From NCBI GenBank assembly GCA_018062625.1, contig JAGORV010000004.1, forward strand, positions 8,234 to 72,233: a DNA stretch of 64,000 bases, written 5' to 3'. Below are positions 36,170 through 46,543 of the stretch, one piece after another (within the stretch, counting starts at the first letter, position 1; the number at the start of each line of letters is the position of its first letter). Below the pieces are notes generated by a model. The model did no database searches. It was not told where the DNA came from and worked only from the letters and a program-made list of their open reading frames with translations. The stretch is from Candidatus Woesebacteria bacterium. GTDB taxonomy: Bacteria; Patescibacteriota; Microgenomatia; UBA10105; UBA927. A program made the translations under genes and the position numbers.

Positions 36170-37741
36170 ATGAAAAAACAAAATAATATTCCTCTGTTTC
36201 ATTGGTTATTTTTTATATTGCTTATTTTTTCTATTGGCTTTCGACTTTCGCTTCTCCCTACGCTCTATCGACTAGACGACGGAGACACCGCGCGAGACTA
36301 TATGATTGCCAGACATATCGCCGTGTATCACGAATACCCCACAATCGGCCCCAACAATGCCATATATGATTCCGTGCGGGCAAGCCCATTTTATTACTAT
36401 CTGCTATCCATCCCAATTTTTATACATGACAGCGTTTACAGCATAGGCGTACTGAATATTTTATTACAAGCACTGAGCATGCTATTTCTCTATACCCTCG
36501 CCTACATAGTATTTGGACAGACCACGGCTACTCTTACCGCCATACTGCTTTTATTTAATCAAGAACTTTTTTCTCAATCTTTCTACATGATACAAGCCCA
36601 CTTTGGGCACGTATTTTTTAATGGAAGTTATACATTGTTAGCATATGGTTATCTGCGTAAATCACTCGTATCACTCTACGCATCTATCATCCTTTTCTCT
36701 CTGGGTTGCATTGTTTCGTTTCATGGTTTCCCAGCACTTTTGGGATACCTCATTATTGTGTATCTAGTTTTACGATCACAAAAAGCTACCACTCCATTTA
36801 TACTTTCTATCTATGGCAGTATGGCACTGATTGGATTAATCGCGTATGCACCTACCCTCATAAACATCATTAACTTGAGCAACACAACGTTTCTGATTGA
36901 TGAACCAGTTTATGTTCAATCGTTCACCCACTTCCCTATACGCATAGTCGATAATCTTCTTCTTGCCTTAAATGACTGGGTAACAGCACTCTGGCTTACT
37001 CCACAAATAAAAAATATATTTCTTGGGGTACTCTGTGCGAGTCTTATGCGTTTTATAATCTGGGAAAAAGCAAAAATAACACGGGTGATCATCGTTGTTA
37101 TATTGGTATACCTTATCCAAGTTGGATTTCTAGCCGCTCTTCTTCGTATAGAAACAAACTCCTATCAATACGACACAATTACAGGGCTCATACTGATATT
37201 AGTCGCGTTTGCCACAAGCGCTACATGGCCAAAAAATCTTTTTGGTCGTTTAGCGTGCACACTATCAATCATTTGTCTTATATTTTTGGTCATACCTACA
37301 CAAGGATATGTGCAATGGCAACAATCACAAATGTCTCAGCCACAAAAATTGGAATCAAAGCTCAATCCGTTATTTCGCTATATAGACATACAAAAATCCA
37401 TGCACCCAACGGACTGGTTTAAACAATTTCAAATCGCCATGTATAACGGTCGCGCAAATATGTACCATTGGAAAGAATCAGTGATCTGGAATGCGCTGGA
37501 GCTTCGATACAACAAGCCCTTGGTAAAAGCAGTCAACTATGGATATAACTACGCCCCCCTCACAACCCAAGAAAATACCTATATCGTTATCTGCGAGGAA
37601 TACGATTCACTCGATGACGCAACAAGTCGCTGTATCGGATCATTTATGGAAGGTAGAAATGAAACTGTGTACAGTACTCACGTTATCTCTGATGAGAGTC
37701 CAGATGGCTATATCATCTTTTCCGCGGAGACCACAAACTAA
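36170..37741 (+). CDS. Polytopic membrane protein, GT-C-like (ArnT/PMT_2-like) glycosyltransferase candidate
   Basis: 523 aa with more than 10 hydrophobic segments. The first-loop acidic motif is RLDDGDTARDYMIARHIA, followed by PFYYYLL. The C-terminal domain is soluble. Confidence 0.55.
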   Translation: MKKQNNIPLFHWLFFILLIFSIGFRLSLLPTLYRLDDGDTARDYMIARHIAVYHEYPTIGPNNAIYDSVRASPFYYYLLSIPIFIHDSVYSIGVLNILLQALSMLFLYTLAYIVFGQTTATLTAILLLFNQELFSQSFYMIQAHFGHVFFNGSYTLLAYGYLRKSLVSLYASIILFSLGCIVSFHGFPALLGYLIIVYLVLRSQKATTPFILSIYGSMALIGLIAYAPTLINIINLSNTTFLIDEPVYVQSFTHFPIRIVDNLLLALNDWVTALWLTPQIKNIFLGVLCASLMRFIIWEKAKITRVIIVVILVYLIQVGFLAALLRIETNSYQYDTITGLILILVAFATSATWPKNLFGRLACTLSIICLIFLVIPTQGYVQWQQSQMSQPQKLESKLNPLFRYIDIQKSMHPTDWFKQFQIAMYNGRANMYHWKESVIWNALELRYNKPLVKAVNYGYNYAPLTTQENTYIVICEEYDSLDDATSRCIGSFMEGRNETVYSTHVISDESPDGYIIFSAETTN

Positions 37742-38997
37742 ACGGCGACCCGTTTTGGAAGAAGCACGCTCCAAAGATACGCTACACTTACCACGGTAAT
37801 TGCAAAAGCTAACAACACGCTCCCGTCTATCCCCGACTGATGTTGGCCTAACATCGAAACACCTGTGAATCCATAAAATACAAATAAATTCAAAATATTT
37901 ATGATATCTACAACACGAAATATAATGTAGTTTCGCAGTGTCGGGTGATACATGTATAAAAGCAACGCCACAATACTACCTAAAATGAAATGATTTTCAT
38001 GAACCCCAAAACTAAACAAGTAATATACAAGTGCAGCAAGCAAAAAACTATGTAACAAATTTTCCTCTCTCCCTTTGCTGTGTCTGTGCTCATACACGTT
38101 CCAACACACCAGCGCGTAACCAACAGCAAATACACCCAACTGCACCCATGCCCACGCAGGTGAGGGTGACTCATAGAGAGGTACGGCTATAGATGCGATG
38201 GGCAAATTTTGTAGTACCCACTGCAAATTTAATGCGTAGGTGGTAGTGTGCAGCAGAACATTACGCAATGATAAAAGTATTCCCGCCACGACATCGGAAG
38301 TAAAAGGAAGAAAAACCAACACCGAACCAAATAATCCACCCACAAATTGCATAAGCATACGCGTGCGTTCTTTTCCCTTTGGAGTCGCAACACCATAGGT
38401 GAGAATAATCGGAAGCAATATAACGGGTTGCCACTTTACCAAACAACTGATTCCAAACAGACATCCACCCCAAAAAAATCTCTTCTGCAAAATCAACATG
38501 ATGCTTATAACCAAAAAAGGAAATGCTAAAACATCGGTATATGCTAGTCCTTGTGTATTCAAAATCAAAGAAAACATACTCAAATACAAAACGATGCGAT
38601 AAAACACAGATCTTTTTTCAGATCCTACTGATCGACTAAACCACAAAACCGTACCTAACGTAGCTATATAAAACAACATGATAAGCATTTTCATGGAAAT
38701 CAATGTACCAAACACTTTTACGGGGAATACCAAAGAAAAAATATAAAAAATAAGCGCGTGCCCAAGGGGGAACTTGGTGAGGATCATATTACTTGGGCAA
38801 AGATAATTTAGACAATCAGGAATAAATGCCGGCCCACGAACTAAAATATCTTGAAAGATGACTTCCCAATTTCGCGCATCTACTGTCCCTTTTGAGCCAA
38901 ATAGCAATATACTCGAAGCAACGGACATTACAAGCACAAGTAAACCCATTGCAGATTTTTGCGTGTCAGATAATTTTAGGTTCACTAGACTAAACAT
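37738..38997 (-). CDS. Polytopic integral membrane protein (possible GT-C family)
   Basis: 419 aa and hydrophobic throughout. Its stop codon overlaps the convergent stop of 36170..37741 (CTAA at 37738-37741). No confident family. Confidence 0.45.
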   Translation of the reverse strand: MFSLVNLKLSDTQKSAMGLLVLVMSVASSILLFGSKGTVDARNWEVIFQDILVRGPAFIPDCLNYLCPSNMILTKFPLGHALIFYIFSLVFPVKVFGTLISMKMLIMLFYIATLGTVLWFSRSVGSEKRSVFYRIVLYLSMFSLILNTQGLAYTDVLAFPFLVISIMLILQKRFFWGGCLFGISCLVKWQPVILLPIILTYGVATPKGKERTRMLMQFVGGLFGSVLVFLPFTSDVVAGILLSLRNVLLHTTTYALNLQWVLQNLPIASIAVPLYESPSPAWAWVQLGVFAVGYALVCWNVYEHRHSKGREENLLHSFLLAALVYYLFSFGVHENHFILGSIVALLLYMYHPTLRNYIIFRVVDIINILNLFVFYGFTGVSMLGQHQSGIDGSVLLAFAITVVSVAYLWSVLLPKRVAV

Positions 38998-39002
38998 GTG
39001 TG

Positions 39003-40445
39003 TTACCGATATATTTTATATATTACTACTCTTCCCTCTCGATCAATCTCGCGCAAACGCCCGACACGCTCCATGTTCATAACCGCCGTTTGAAACGTGT
39101 CAAAATTTCTCATCATAGATCGTTCTTTTGCTGTATCGCTAGTCACCACAAGATAATGCGCATCTAACGGGATATCCAACCACCAACAATCAGATTGCAA
39201 TTCGCATGGGTTATCATGCGGTCCATATATCTTTGGCTCTACTATATACAGGACATTTCGATGTGATAAATACGGTCCAAAATTTTGATATGTTGCCACC
39301 GCATATTCCGTAGGTACTCGCGCAAAAAGCTTTCGAGCATCTTCTATCCATGGCACAGTCACATAAAATTCAGAAGAAAAAATATTTAACACCGGTTGAC
39401 GAAATACAAAAACAGATCCAATCGTTACCACAATAAGTACATATGAAACAAACTGCTGGAAATATCGCCTATGGACTACTTTCCCCATAACCTCCAATGT
39501 TCCTAGAGCCAAAAATATTGCGAGCATTGCTCGATGATATGCACTCGGTGGACGCATCCAGTCATACATGTTTCCTGCCACAAAAAATTGCCAAAGATCA
39601 AGGGACATTGCAATCATTGCTCCAGGAGAAAATATTGGTAACAACAAAAATGCAGTCAATGAATACGTCCACACAAGCCTCTTGTCCGCATGATCAAATA
39701 AACCCAATATATTCGTGGCGAAATCTGACGATAGTGCTGGTATATACTCATAACCAATTGGCGAAAATATACTCACAATCCATGTAGCGAGACCAGTGTA
39801 TGCAAGACCCCCAAGGATAAACCACACTGCTACTTTTCGATACTTATTATAAAAAAAGTAAATAACCCCAACACACGCAAGTGCCAGCCCCATATTTTCT
39901 TGTGTAAAAAGAAATAGAACTAAACATATCCAAAACCATCGCTTTTTTTCTGACTCTAAACAATACAAAAGCCATGCTAGTAAACCAACAGCAAAACTAA
40001 CTGGATGAAACGCATCAAAAATTGCCGATTGAATACCAAAGAAAAGACTATAACTGAAGGCTAAAGCAAAACTAAACAGCGAGGAAAACTTCCGATGTAC
40101 AGATAGCTTGTAAATCGCAAGACTAGATAAACCTAACCAAACAGCTTGAAATATCAGTATTACTCGTACATCATTCCATACCCAATAGAGCGTAGCCAAT
40201 AACGGCAATGTCAGCGTTAAATGATCGCCGAGAAAAAAACGATTATACAGACTCACGTATGGCCACTGAAAATGAGATAGCTGCCAAAATATTTGATCAA
40301 AAAATCCTAAATCATACGTCGCAGATTCAAGCTTATTGTATATTTGTACAGCAATGAACGAATATGCCGTCGATATACTCACAATCCATACATATAAAAG
40401 AACCAAATACGTATTATTTTGTTGATACTGCACAAATTTTTTCAT
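39003..40445 (-). CDS. DUF2079-like polytopic membrane protein (GT-C-like)
   Basis: YDLGFFDQIFWQLSHFQ...LGDHLTLTLPLLATLYW resembles the DUF2079 N-terminal signature (DLGIFDQ ... HFSP). ATGA overlap with the upstream aminotransferase. Confidence 0.55.
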   Translation of the reverse strand: MKKFVQYQQNNTYLVLLYVWIVSISTAYSFIAVQIYNKLESATYDLGFFDQIFWQLSHFQWPYVSLYNRFFLGDHLTLTLPLLATLYWVWNDVRVILIFQAVWLGLSSLAIYKLSVHRKFSSLFSFALAFSYSLFFGIQSAIFDAFHPVSFAVGLLAWLLYCLESEKKRWFWICLVLFLFTQENMGLALACVGVIYFFYNKYRKVAVWFILGGLAYTGLATWIVSIFSPIGYEYIPALSSDFATNILGLFDHADKRLVWTYSLTAFLLLPIFSPGAMIAMSLDLWQFFVAGNMYDWMRPPSAYHRAMLAIFLALGTLEVMGKVVHRRYFQQFVSYVLIVVTIGSVFVFRQPVLNIFSSEFYVTVPWIEDARKLFARVPTEYAVATYQNFGPYLSHRNVLYIVEPKIYGPHDNPCELQSDCWWLDIPLDAHYLVVTSDTAKERSMMRNFDTFQTAVMNMERVGRLREIDREGRVVIYKIYR

Positions 40446-41608
40446 ATGTTTGCTGTCTTTTTTGTTATTAATGAAGCTATATAACGTATATTTTGTACAG
40501 TCAACAAACTAGACGAAGGTAAATACAACCCTTCCTGAGATAACACCTCAGAAACAGGAAACGATCTAGACTTTTGCATGTCACTATATGCCGGTTGTTG
40601 ATGTACTGGTACAAAAAACGACCTCGTTTCCACACCGTGATCTGCCAAATATTTTCTCAGCGTATCCCGCGTTATACCAAAAATCTTTGCGTTCACACGA
40701 AGTCCAAACATCCAGTACGCGGGGGTTGCATACGCTGGAACTGTTTGTGTGGTCAACCCGCTCACGCGCGTGAGTAATCGCTCATAGCGATATGCGTGTT
40801 CTGTGTGTTTCTGCAACAAGTATGCAAACCGTTCAACCTGTCCAAGTCCTATTGCAGCACTCAAATTGGTCATATTGTAGCTATACCCCACTCTTTCATG
40901 CCAATAATGCCTATGTTTACCAAATGCATGATTACGAAGCAACGACACGGCCTCTGCCAATTGTTTATTGTTTGTAGTTATCATGCCACCCTCACCTGTG
41001 GTAATAATCTTGTTCGCAAACAGCGAAAATGCAGCGATGTCACCCATTGATCCAACTGATCTTCCTTTGTATTTAGCTCCATGCGCTTCTGCAGCATCCT
41101 CAATAACCCGTAGCTTGTATTTTTTTGCCAATTCAAGCACGGGATCCATGTCCACCGGTAAACCATAAACATGCACCACCATGATAGCTTTTGTGTTTTT
41201 GGTGATTCGTTCCTCAATTTGTGCAACATCCATATTCCAAGTTCCGATTTGGGCATCGACAAATACTGGAGTTGCTCCGCAATATCGTATAGCGTTTGCA
41301 GAGGCAATCATCGTAAATGTTGGCAAAATAACCTCGTCTCCTTCTGAAACACCAAGAGCAAGCAAAGCCAAATGAAGTGCAGAAGTACCACTATTTACCG
41401 ACACTGCATAAGATGTTTGAGATACATTGACTCCGAATGCACGCTCAAACCGCCCAACATACGACCCCGCAGAAGAAATCCAAGAAGACTTAAAAGCATC
41501 CAGAAGGTATTTCTGTTCTATATGAGACAAGTCAGGTGCAGCGACAGGAATAAGGCGCTGTTTGTGAACGGTTGGCTCTATCATGGGTATATTGGTTATT
41601 CTTTTCAT
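40442..41608 (-). CDS. DegT/DnrJ/EryC1/StrS-family PLP-dependent sugar aminotransferase
   Basis: Motifs are SGTSALHLALLALGVSEGDEVILPTFTMIASANAIRYCGATPVFVD, EDAAEAHGAKYKGR and FSLFANKIITTGEGGMITTNN (catalytic Lys context). Confidence 0.85.
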   Translation of the reverse strand: MKRITNIPMIEPTVHKQRLIPVAAPDLSHIEQKYLLDAFKSSWISSAGSYVGRFERAFGVNVSQTSYAVSVNSGTSALHLALLALGVSEGDEVILPTFTMIASANAIRYCGATPVFVDAQIGTWNMDVAQIEERITKNTKAIMVVHVYGLPVDMDPVLELAKKYKLRVIEDAAEAHGAKYKGRSVGSMGDIAAFSLFANKIITTGEGGMITTNNKQLAEAVSLLRNHAFGKHRHYWHERVGYSYNMTNLSAAIGLGQVERFAYLLQKHTEHAYRYERLLTRVSGLTTQTVPAYATPAYWMFGLRVNAKIFGITRDTLRKYLADHGVETRSFFVPVHQQPAYSDMQKSRSFPVSEVLSQEGLYLPSSSLLTVQNIRYIASLITKKTANI

Positions 41609-41623
41609 AACTAGTTGACATGA

Positions 41624-43090
41624 TTAGCCTTCTCTACCCATCCGCAAGCGTATCGCAACGCTCATATATTCTTGCATCATAGTAAATAATCGAGATTTAC
41701 TCTCTCCGAACAATCTTTGTTTATAAAACACTGGCACCTCTACTATACGCATGCCTTTGCGCATAATTTCATACACAAGACGGAGATGATACTCTCCGTA
41801 ACCAAAGTATATAACTCGCATATCTAGCTTGCGGAGCGTTTTTCTTTTTAGTGCATAATACCCACTCGTATTATCCCAAATAGGAAATCCAAACACACCT
41901 CGAAGAACACAGTTAAATATACCACTCATCAGCAATCGTATCGGATCAGCCATGCCACCACCCTTTACAAATCGCGACGCGACAACCAAATCAGCATCAG
42001 ATAAAGAACGAATCATCTGAGGAATGACTGCTGGATCATGATTCATATCAGCATCCATACCCACAATAGTATCTCCACGAGCCATTGCTAACCCTTCGGC
42101 GATGGATACGCCTAATCCAGGCTGGGTATAACGAACTTTTACTCGCACGTGCGTATTTCTCAAGGCTATTTGTTTCGCAAACATTGCCGTGCCATCAGGA
42201 CTATTGTCATCCACAATGATTATTTCATACGTGTATTTGGGCAGTTGTTGAAAAACATGATCTATAGCGGTAACCAGTGGCTCTATATTTCCTTTTTCAT
42301 TAAATGTTGGAATTACTATTGAAATCGTCGACATATTCATTGAGCTTTTTTTTTGAGCTATTACCATTACCGATGAACCCCACGGATATGATCCATATTG
42401 GTAACCAAACGACTCCAACCAACACAACTTTATCAGTATACGGTTAAACAACGGGTGCACTTCACCCACATCCGAGGCATCAGTGGTAAGCACATGAAGT
42501 CGTGAAAGGATCGCACAAAACAATCGCCATGCTACAAATAGTGGAAACAATAAAAAGAAGGAATATGTACTATACTGCACACGAAATCCTGCTCGCTCTA
42601 TCAGCGTACATAATTGACTTCGCGTGTACCTTCTGGCACCTTGCACCATACGATCATGCGGAGAATTTAGAAATGCAAATGCACAATCATTTACTACTAA
42701 GTATCCGTTTGGTTTTAACAATCGGAATGCCTCTGCAAGCGATTTGACCTCGTTAATATTTTGATGATACAAAACATCAAAAAAAGAAACGATATCGCAG
42801 GAATTAGGTTTTATACCTGTATCTGAGGCACTCCCCTTTTGCAAAACGATGCCACGCTTTTTGGCCAACATGCGACCTAAGGAATTTGGTTCTATACCGG
42901 TAACGTTTCCATACTGAGACAAAAAGGGAACCATTCCACCAGTACCAGCTCCAATATCTACTATCGTTCGCTTCGTGCCAATATCAATTGCTACGCGTCT
43001 AAATATTCTTGCAAAAAACATTCGACGAGCGGAAAACCACCAGTGATGTTGCTCTACCGTATACATCTGCGAATATTCTGACAATTCCAT
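41624..43090 (-). CDS. Fusion protein: N-terminal class I SAM-dependent methyltransferase plus C-terminal GT2 polyprenyl-phosphate glycosyltransferase (DPM1/ArnC-like)
   Basis: ATG at 43090; a TTG at 43129 is also open. The methyltransferase part has EQHHWWF and IVDIGAGTGGMVPFL. A hydrophobic linker follows (YSFFLLFPLFVAWRLFCAIL). The GT2 part has ISIVIPTFNEKGNIEPL, IIIVDDNSPDGT and GMDADMNHDP. Confidence 0.8.
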   Translation of the reverse strand: MELSEYSQMYTVEQHHWWFSARRMFFARIFRRVAIDIGTKRTIVDIGAGTGGMVPFLSQYGNVTGIEPNSLGRMLAKKRGIVLQKGSASDTGIKPNSCDIVSFFDVLYHQNINEVKSLAEAFRLLKPNGYLVVNDCAFAFLNSPHDRMVQGARRYTRSQLCTLIERAGFRVQYSTYSFFLLFPLFVAWRLFCAILSRLHVLTTDASDVGEVHPLFNRILIKLCWLESFGYQYGSYPWGSSVMVIAQKKSSMNMSTISIVIPTFNEKGNIEPLVTAIDHVFQQLPKYTYEIIIVDDNSPDGTAMFAKQIALRNTHVRVKVRYTQPGLGVSIAEGLAMARGDTIVGMDADMNHDPAVIPQMIRSLSDADLVVASRFVKGGGMADPIRLLMSGIFNCVLRGVFGFPIWDNTSGYYALKRKTLRKLDMRVIYFGYGEYHLRLVYEIMRKGMRIVEVPVFYKQRLFGESKSRLFTMMQEYMSVAIRLRMGREG

Positions 43091-43129
43091 AATGTAAGTG
43101 ATTATAGTTTTACCATTGCAATACCACAA

Positions 43130-43840
43130 TTAGGCGGGTCTCGACTTCGCAACACGCACCATAGCGATAACGTGTTGAATTACAATCTTAGGAAGATGTA
43201 CGAGCGAATATATCTTGGTATATCCTTCTTGTCGCGCGAAATGCGAAACACGTTGCTCGCGCACAGAGTATCCGTATTGTTTAACCCTTGCCATAAATTC
43301 CCACCAAAATCCTTCATTTGTCAGGCCGAGAACATTGACTAATGTACGAGCCACTTCTTGTCGAAATAAAATATATGAACAACTAGGATCATGAATGTTT
43401 TTAGGAAATAAAAAATAAAAACTATAATAAAATAATCGCGACATAACCACTCGAAAAACACTATCTCGACGCATGATTCGATTTCCAATAACCACATCAC
43501 TTTTATTTCTTGCATTCCATAATTTCCAAATATCCTTTGGATCGTATTGACCATCTGAATCCACACAACATACAAATGGCGCCCTCGACACGCGTAGTGC
43601 ACGAAGAACTCCTTGTGAGTACCCTGCTCGCTCACTTTCCGTAAGCAAAATCATGGGTACTTTACGAGATAATTTTTGAAGAATTGCACGAGTTTTATCT
43701 GTACTACCATCCTCACTTATGACGAAACGGAAACGAATACGATTGCCAATTTCTTGAGATATCGAAAGGATAACTGAAGCGATCCCATCTTCTTCATTAT
43801 AGACCGGCATAATAATCTCTAACTCGATTGGGTGTTTCAT
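43130..43840 (-). CDS. GT2 glycosyltransferase (DPM1/GtrB-like)
   Basis: Motifs are LEIIMPVYNEEDGI, VISEDGSTDKT and VDSDGQYDP. ATGA overlap with the upstream gene. Confidence 0.85.
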   Translation of the reverse strand: MKHPIELEIIMPVYNEEDGIASVILSISQEIGNRIRFRFVISEDGSTDKTRAILQKLSRKVPMILLTESERAGYSQGVLRALRVSRAPFVCCVDSDGQYDPKDIWKLWNARNKSDVVIGNRIMRRDSVFRVVMSRLFYYSFYFLFPKNIHDPSCSYILFRQEVARTLVNVLGLTNEGFWWEFMARVKQYGYSVREQRVSHFARQEGYTKIYSLVHLPKIVIQHVIAMVRVAKSRPA

Positions 43841-45513
43841 GGAATATGATATACATTCAATGTTTCAGACTGAATAACGACTGGTAATGTCAAAATCCAC
43901 GATTTTGGAACCAACACATCAGTTGCATTGTACTTTGCTTTTATAGCTTGCCATTGCATAAGCGTGCGATTTTCCCAATGTGTGCGCATTATATCTAACG
44001 ATGGCCATATCCCTCTGTCAAAGATAGATATGCCATATACGTCTCGAAGGATCGTCTCCATTTCATCTGCCATAGTGGGTACATAGGTCATCGTATCTAT
44101 CCAATACAAATTAAACACAAGTCCACGATTCGTCATAGCCTGTGGTAGAGGTAAGGCTTGATATGAGGAAATATACAACCCTTCACCTTGCGATATTTTT
44201 GATATAAGCGCCGACTGAGATGGAGAATGCACCATTGCCGGTCGCACACCTTTTTGTATAAATGCTCCAAAGACTATTATGCTTACAATAAGCGCGACAA
44301 CCCCAGTAAGCCAGTTAGGTATACGACGATTAACAAACTTTACCCAATTCGGTACGTTTATTTCTGCCTCGAGGCAACAAATCAACGCAATAAATATCCA
44401 TCGCCATACGTTCGGACCCATCCCTCCCAAAATAAATATCATGCACAACGTTATAATTCTCCTCCATGCGTACTGATAACTCATCGCACCAACCAAAAAT
44501 AACGGGAGCATAATAGAATCAAAATTTAACCATCGGGCGTACATCACCGTTTTTAATATATTTGGGAACGATAGAGAATACATCTCCCATAGAATCGTCA
44601 TAACCATACCTATGACACACATCGCTCCAAGAAATTTCAACACTATCTGTGCGCCATCTAAAATAAATCGTTTATATCTACTGGAAAATAACCATGTCGC
44701 GAAGAGTAACATAAGTTCGGGCTCAAAATATCCCAACCTCTCTCCCCATGACAGAGGAAGCAACTTTGGTCTTCGATGACCGTCAACAAACGTTACAAAA
44801 TAATCTACAATCTGCTTTTCTGTCGCTGTCGCATGCTCAAAAAAACTTCCCGACAACAACCGATGAATAATTACAGTGGCCACAAAAAAACCGAAACCGT
44901 ACAGCATCCAACGAATATTTTTTTGAAAATGTTTCCTGTGCTCTTGGTCTGCGATTATGTAGTACCCTATCGCACCTAACCAAACGCCCATAGCCATACC
45001 CGGATGCAATATCGGCAATATTCCAAGCAATAGCATAAACATCATCACATTCCCTGCACTAAGCGACGCTATCGCTAAAATCACGGTGTAAAACGCGAAT
45101 ACTCCCCCATTGTTTAAATTTGTCGGAAAAAATATATCGTAGCTATGCCCAGCAAATAATGAATTCGAAAAATATGCAAAAATAATCGGAATAACAATCG
45201 AAATGACTCGATCTTTTGAGAGTACGAGTAAAAGCGCTGTAACGCTCATGAAGCTAAACCCAGATTGAAGGCCAGAAAATAAAACAGAAATATATTCGCT
45301 AGAGAAACCCAATCTCAGCAAGCCGACCTGTGGCCAAATCAAAAATGGAGCATATAAATGCGTAGCAAATATAGCCATGGGATTATGTGCTGGAAGTGAA
45401 ATTATTCCCGCCACTACTTGTGCGGCTTCCAGCGACCATTGCCAATCAGATTTCCAAAATATCCCAATGATAAATCCCACAAGCGCCGATAGCGCCAGCG
45501 TTTTCTTATACAT
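43837..45513 (-). CDS. Large polytopic membrane protein with a soluble C-terminal domain (GT-C-like architecture, family unknown)
   Basis: 558 aa. Multiple TM segments span about 400 aa, followed by a soluble tail of about 130 aa. It sits between two GT2 genes. Confidence 0.45.
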   Translation of the reverse strand: MYKKTLALSALVGFIIGIFWKSDWQWSLEAAQVVAGIISLPAHNPMAIFATHLYAPFLIWPQVGLLRLGFSSEYISVLFSGLQSGFSFMSVTALLLVLSKDRVISIVIPIIFAYFSNSLFAGHSYDIFFPTNLNNGGVFAFYTVILAIASLSAGNVMMFMLLLGILPILHPGMAMGVWLGAIGYYIIADQEHRKHFQKNIRWMLYGFGFFVATVIIHRLLSGSFFEHATATEKQIVDYFVTFVDGHRRPKLLPLSWGERLGYFEPELMLLFATWLFSSRYKRFILDGAQIVLKFLGAMCVIGMVMTILWEMYSLSFPNILKTVMYARWLNFDSIMLPLFLVGAMSYQYAWRRIITLCMIFILGGMGPNVWRWIFIALICCLEAEINVPNWVKFVNRRIPNWLTGVVALIVSIIVFGAFIQKGVRPAMVHSPSQSALISKISQGEGLYISSYQALPLPQAMTNRGLVFNLYWIDTMTYVPTMADEMETILRDVYGISIFDRGIWPSLDIMRTHWENRTLMQWQAIKAKYNATDVLVPKSWILTLPVVIQSETLNVYHIP

Positions 45514-45523
45514 ACCGCTAATG

Positions 45524-46543
45524 TTAGTGCGTAAACCTACCGATTACTGCCCCAGAAAAAATAAAACAGTTAAGCACAAGTCCTGTTCCAAAACTTTTCA
45601 TCATGAACACAAATCCCTTTTCCTGAAATACAAATAAAAGAAATTTACGCATAAGCCATACATGAACAGCAAAAGTAAATCCCAATAAATACATCAACCC
45701 GACAATAGGAACTGTAACACTCCCCATGGTTGCAATAAGTGCGATAATCGTCATTACAAAAAGTGCAATCACCCCAACCCCAGAAAACGTAACAATCGCC
45801 TCCTGCAATGTAGTCGCTACAGGATCAAATTTTTTTCGTTTGGTATACAATTTCGTCCAATAATATGCTCGTAAGAAATATTTCTTTGCGATTGGCCAAA
45901 ATTGCTCGAATTCATGTCGGACTCGTACCTGAGGAGCGAATATAATCGCGTAACGACGTGCGATTCTATAGGTAAGTTCTATATCCTCCACGAGGGGTGC
46001 TGGATACGCTTCATTAAACCCACCAAGTCGTAAAAAGACACTACGCTTTATAGAGGCGATACGCGTGGAAAATAGAAAATAATACCCACTTTTATCTCGT
46101 TCATTTATCCAATAACTCCAATCGCGTAACGCTTTGTAATTTGGAAAAAAATCCAAACTCTTTTGCTCCTTCACCCATACGCCCGTCAGCGCCACGACAT
46201 CTGGGTCAGTGGTAAACACGTTCGCTATCTCTGCCAGAGTATCGCGAAACAACTCTACATCACCATCCAAAAACACCACAAATGTTCCTTTTGCTCTTGC
46301 TACCCCTCGATTTCTTGCTATAGCAGGTCCGTGATTGTGGCTTAACGACACAATATGAAGCGCTTCTGACTTTTCCCATTTCAGCGTGTTGATAAATGAC
46401 TTCAAACTTGGCGTTGAGCCATCATCCACAATCACTACTTCATAGGGGGGTGCTTTGACACTTTTTTTTATGGAATCCAATAATCTCACCAAATGACTAG
46501 GGCTGTTGTGGTACGGAATAATTATAGATAGATATGGTTTCAT
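45524..46543 (-). CDS. GT2 glycosyltransferase with C-terminal transmembrane helices
   Basis: Motifs are LSIIIPYHNSPSHL, VVIVDDGSTP and VFLDGDVEL. The C-terminal hydrophobic segments include VGVIALFVMTIIALIATM and LLGFTFAVHVWL. ATGA overlap with the upstream gene. Confidence 0.8.
   Translation of the reverse strand: MKPYLSIIIPYHNSPSHLVRLLDSIKKSVKAPPYEVVIVDDGSTPSLKSFINTLKWEKSEALHIVSLSHNHGPAIARNRGVARAKGTFVVFLDGDVELFRDTLAEIANVFTTDPDVVALTGVWVKEQKSLDFFPNYKALRDWSYWINERDKSGYYFLFSTRIASIKRSVFLRLGGFNEAYPAPLVEDIELTYRIARRYAIIFAPQVRVRHEFEQFWPIAKKYFLRAYYWTKLYTKRKKFDPVATTLQEAIVTFSGVGVIALFVMTIIALIATMGSVTVPIVGLMYLLGFTFAVHVWLMRKFLLFVFQEKGFVFMMKSFGTGLVLNCFIFSGAVIGRFTH

Noticed and set aside
35656-36186. Long shadow ORFs inside other genes. 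Antisense examples are 35656..36186, 26639..27115, 826..1296 and 52362..52781. Same-strand, alternative-frame examples are 57530..57967 and 9980..10324.
   Set aside because: Each lies within a longer ORF that has clear family motifs or paralogs. Their translations are low-complexity or Cys/Arg/His-rich shadow-frame sequence, with no motifs and no plausible start context.
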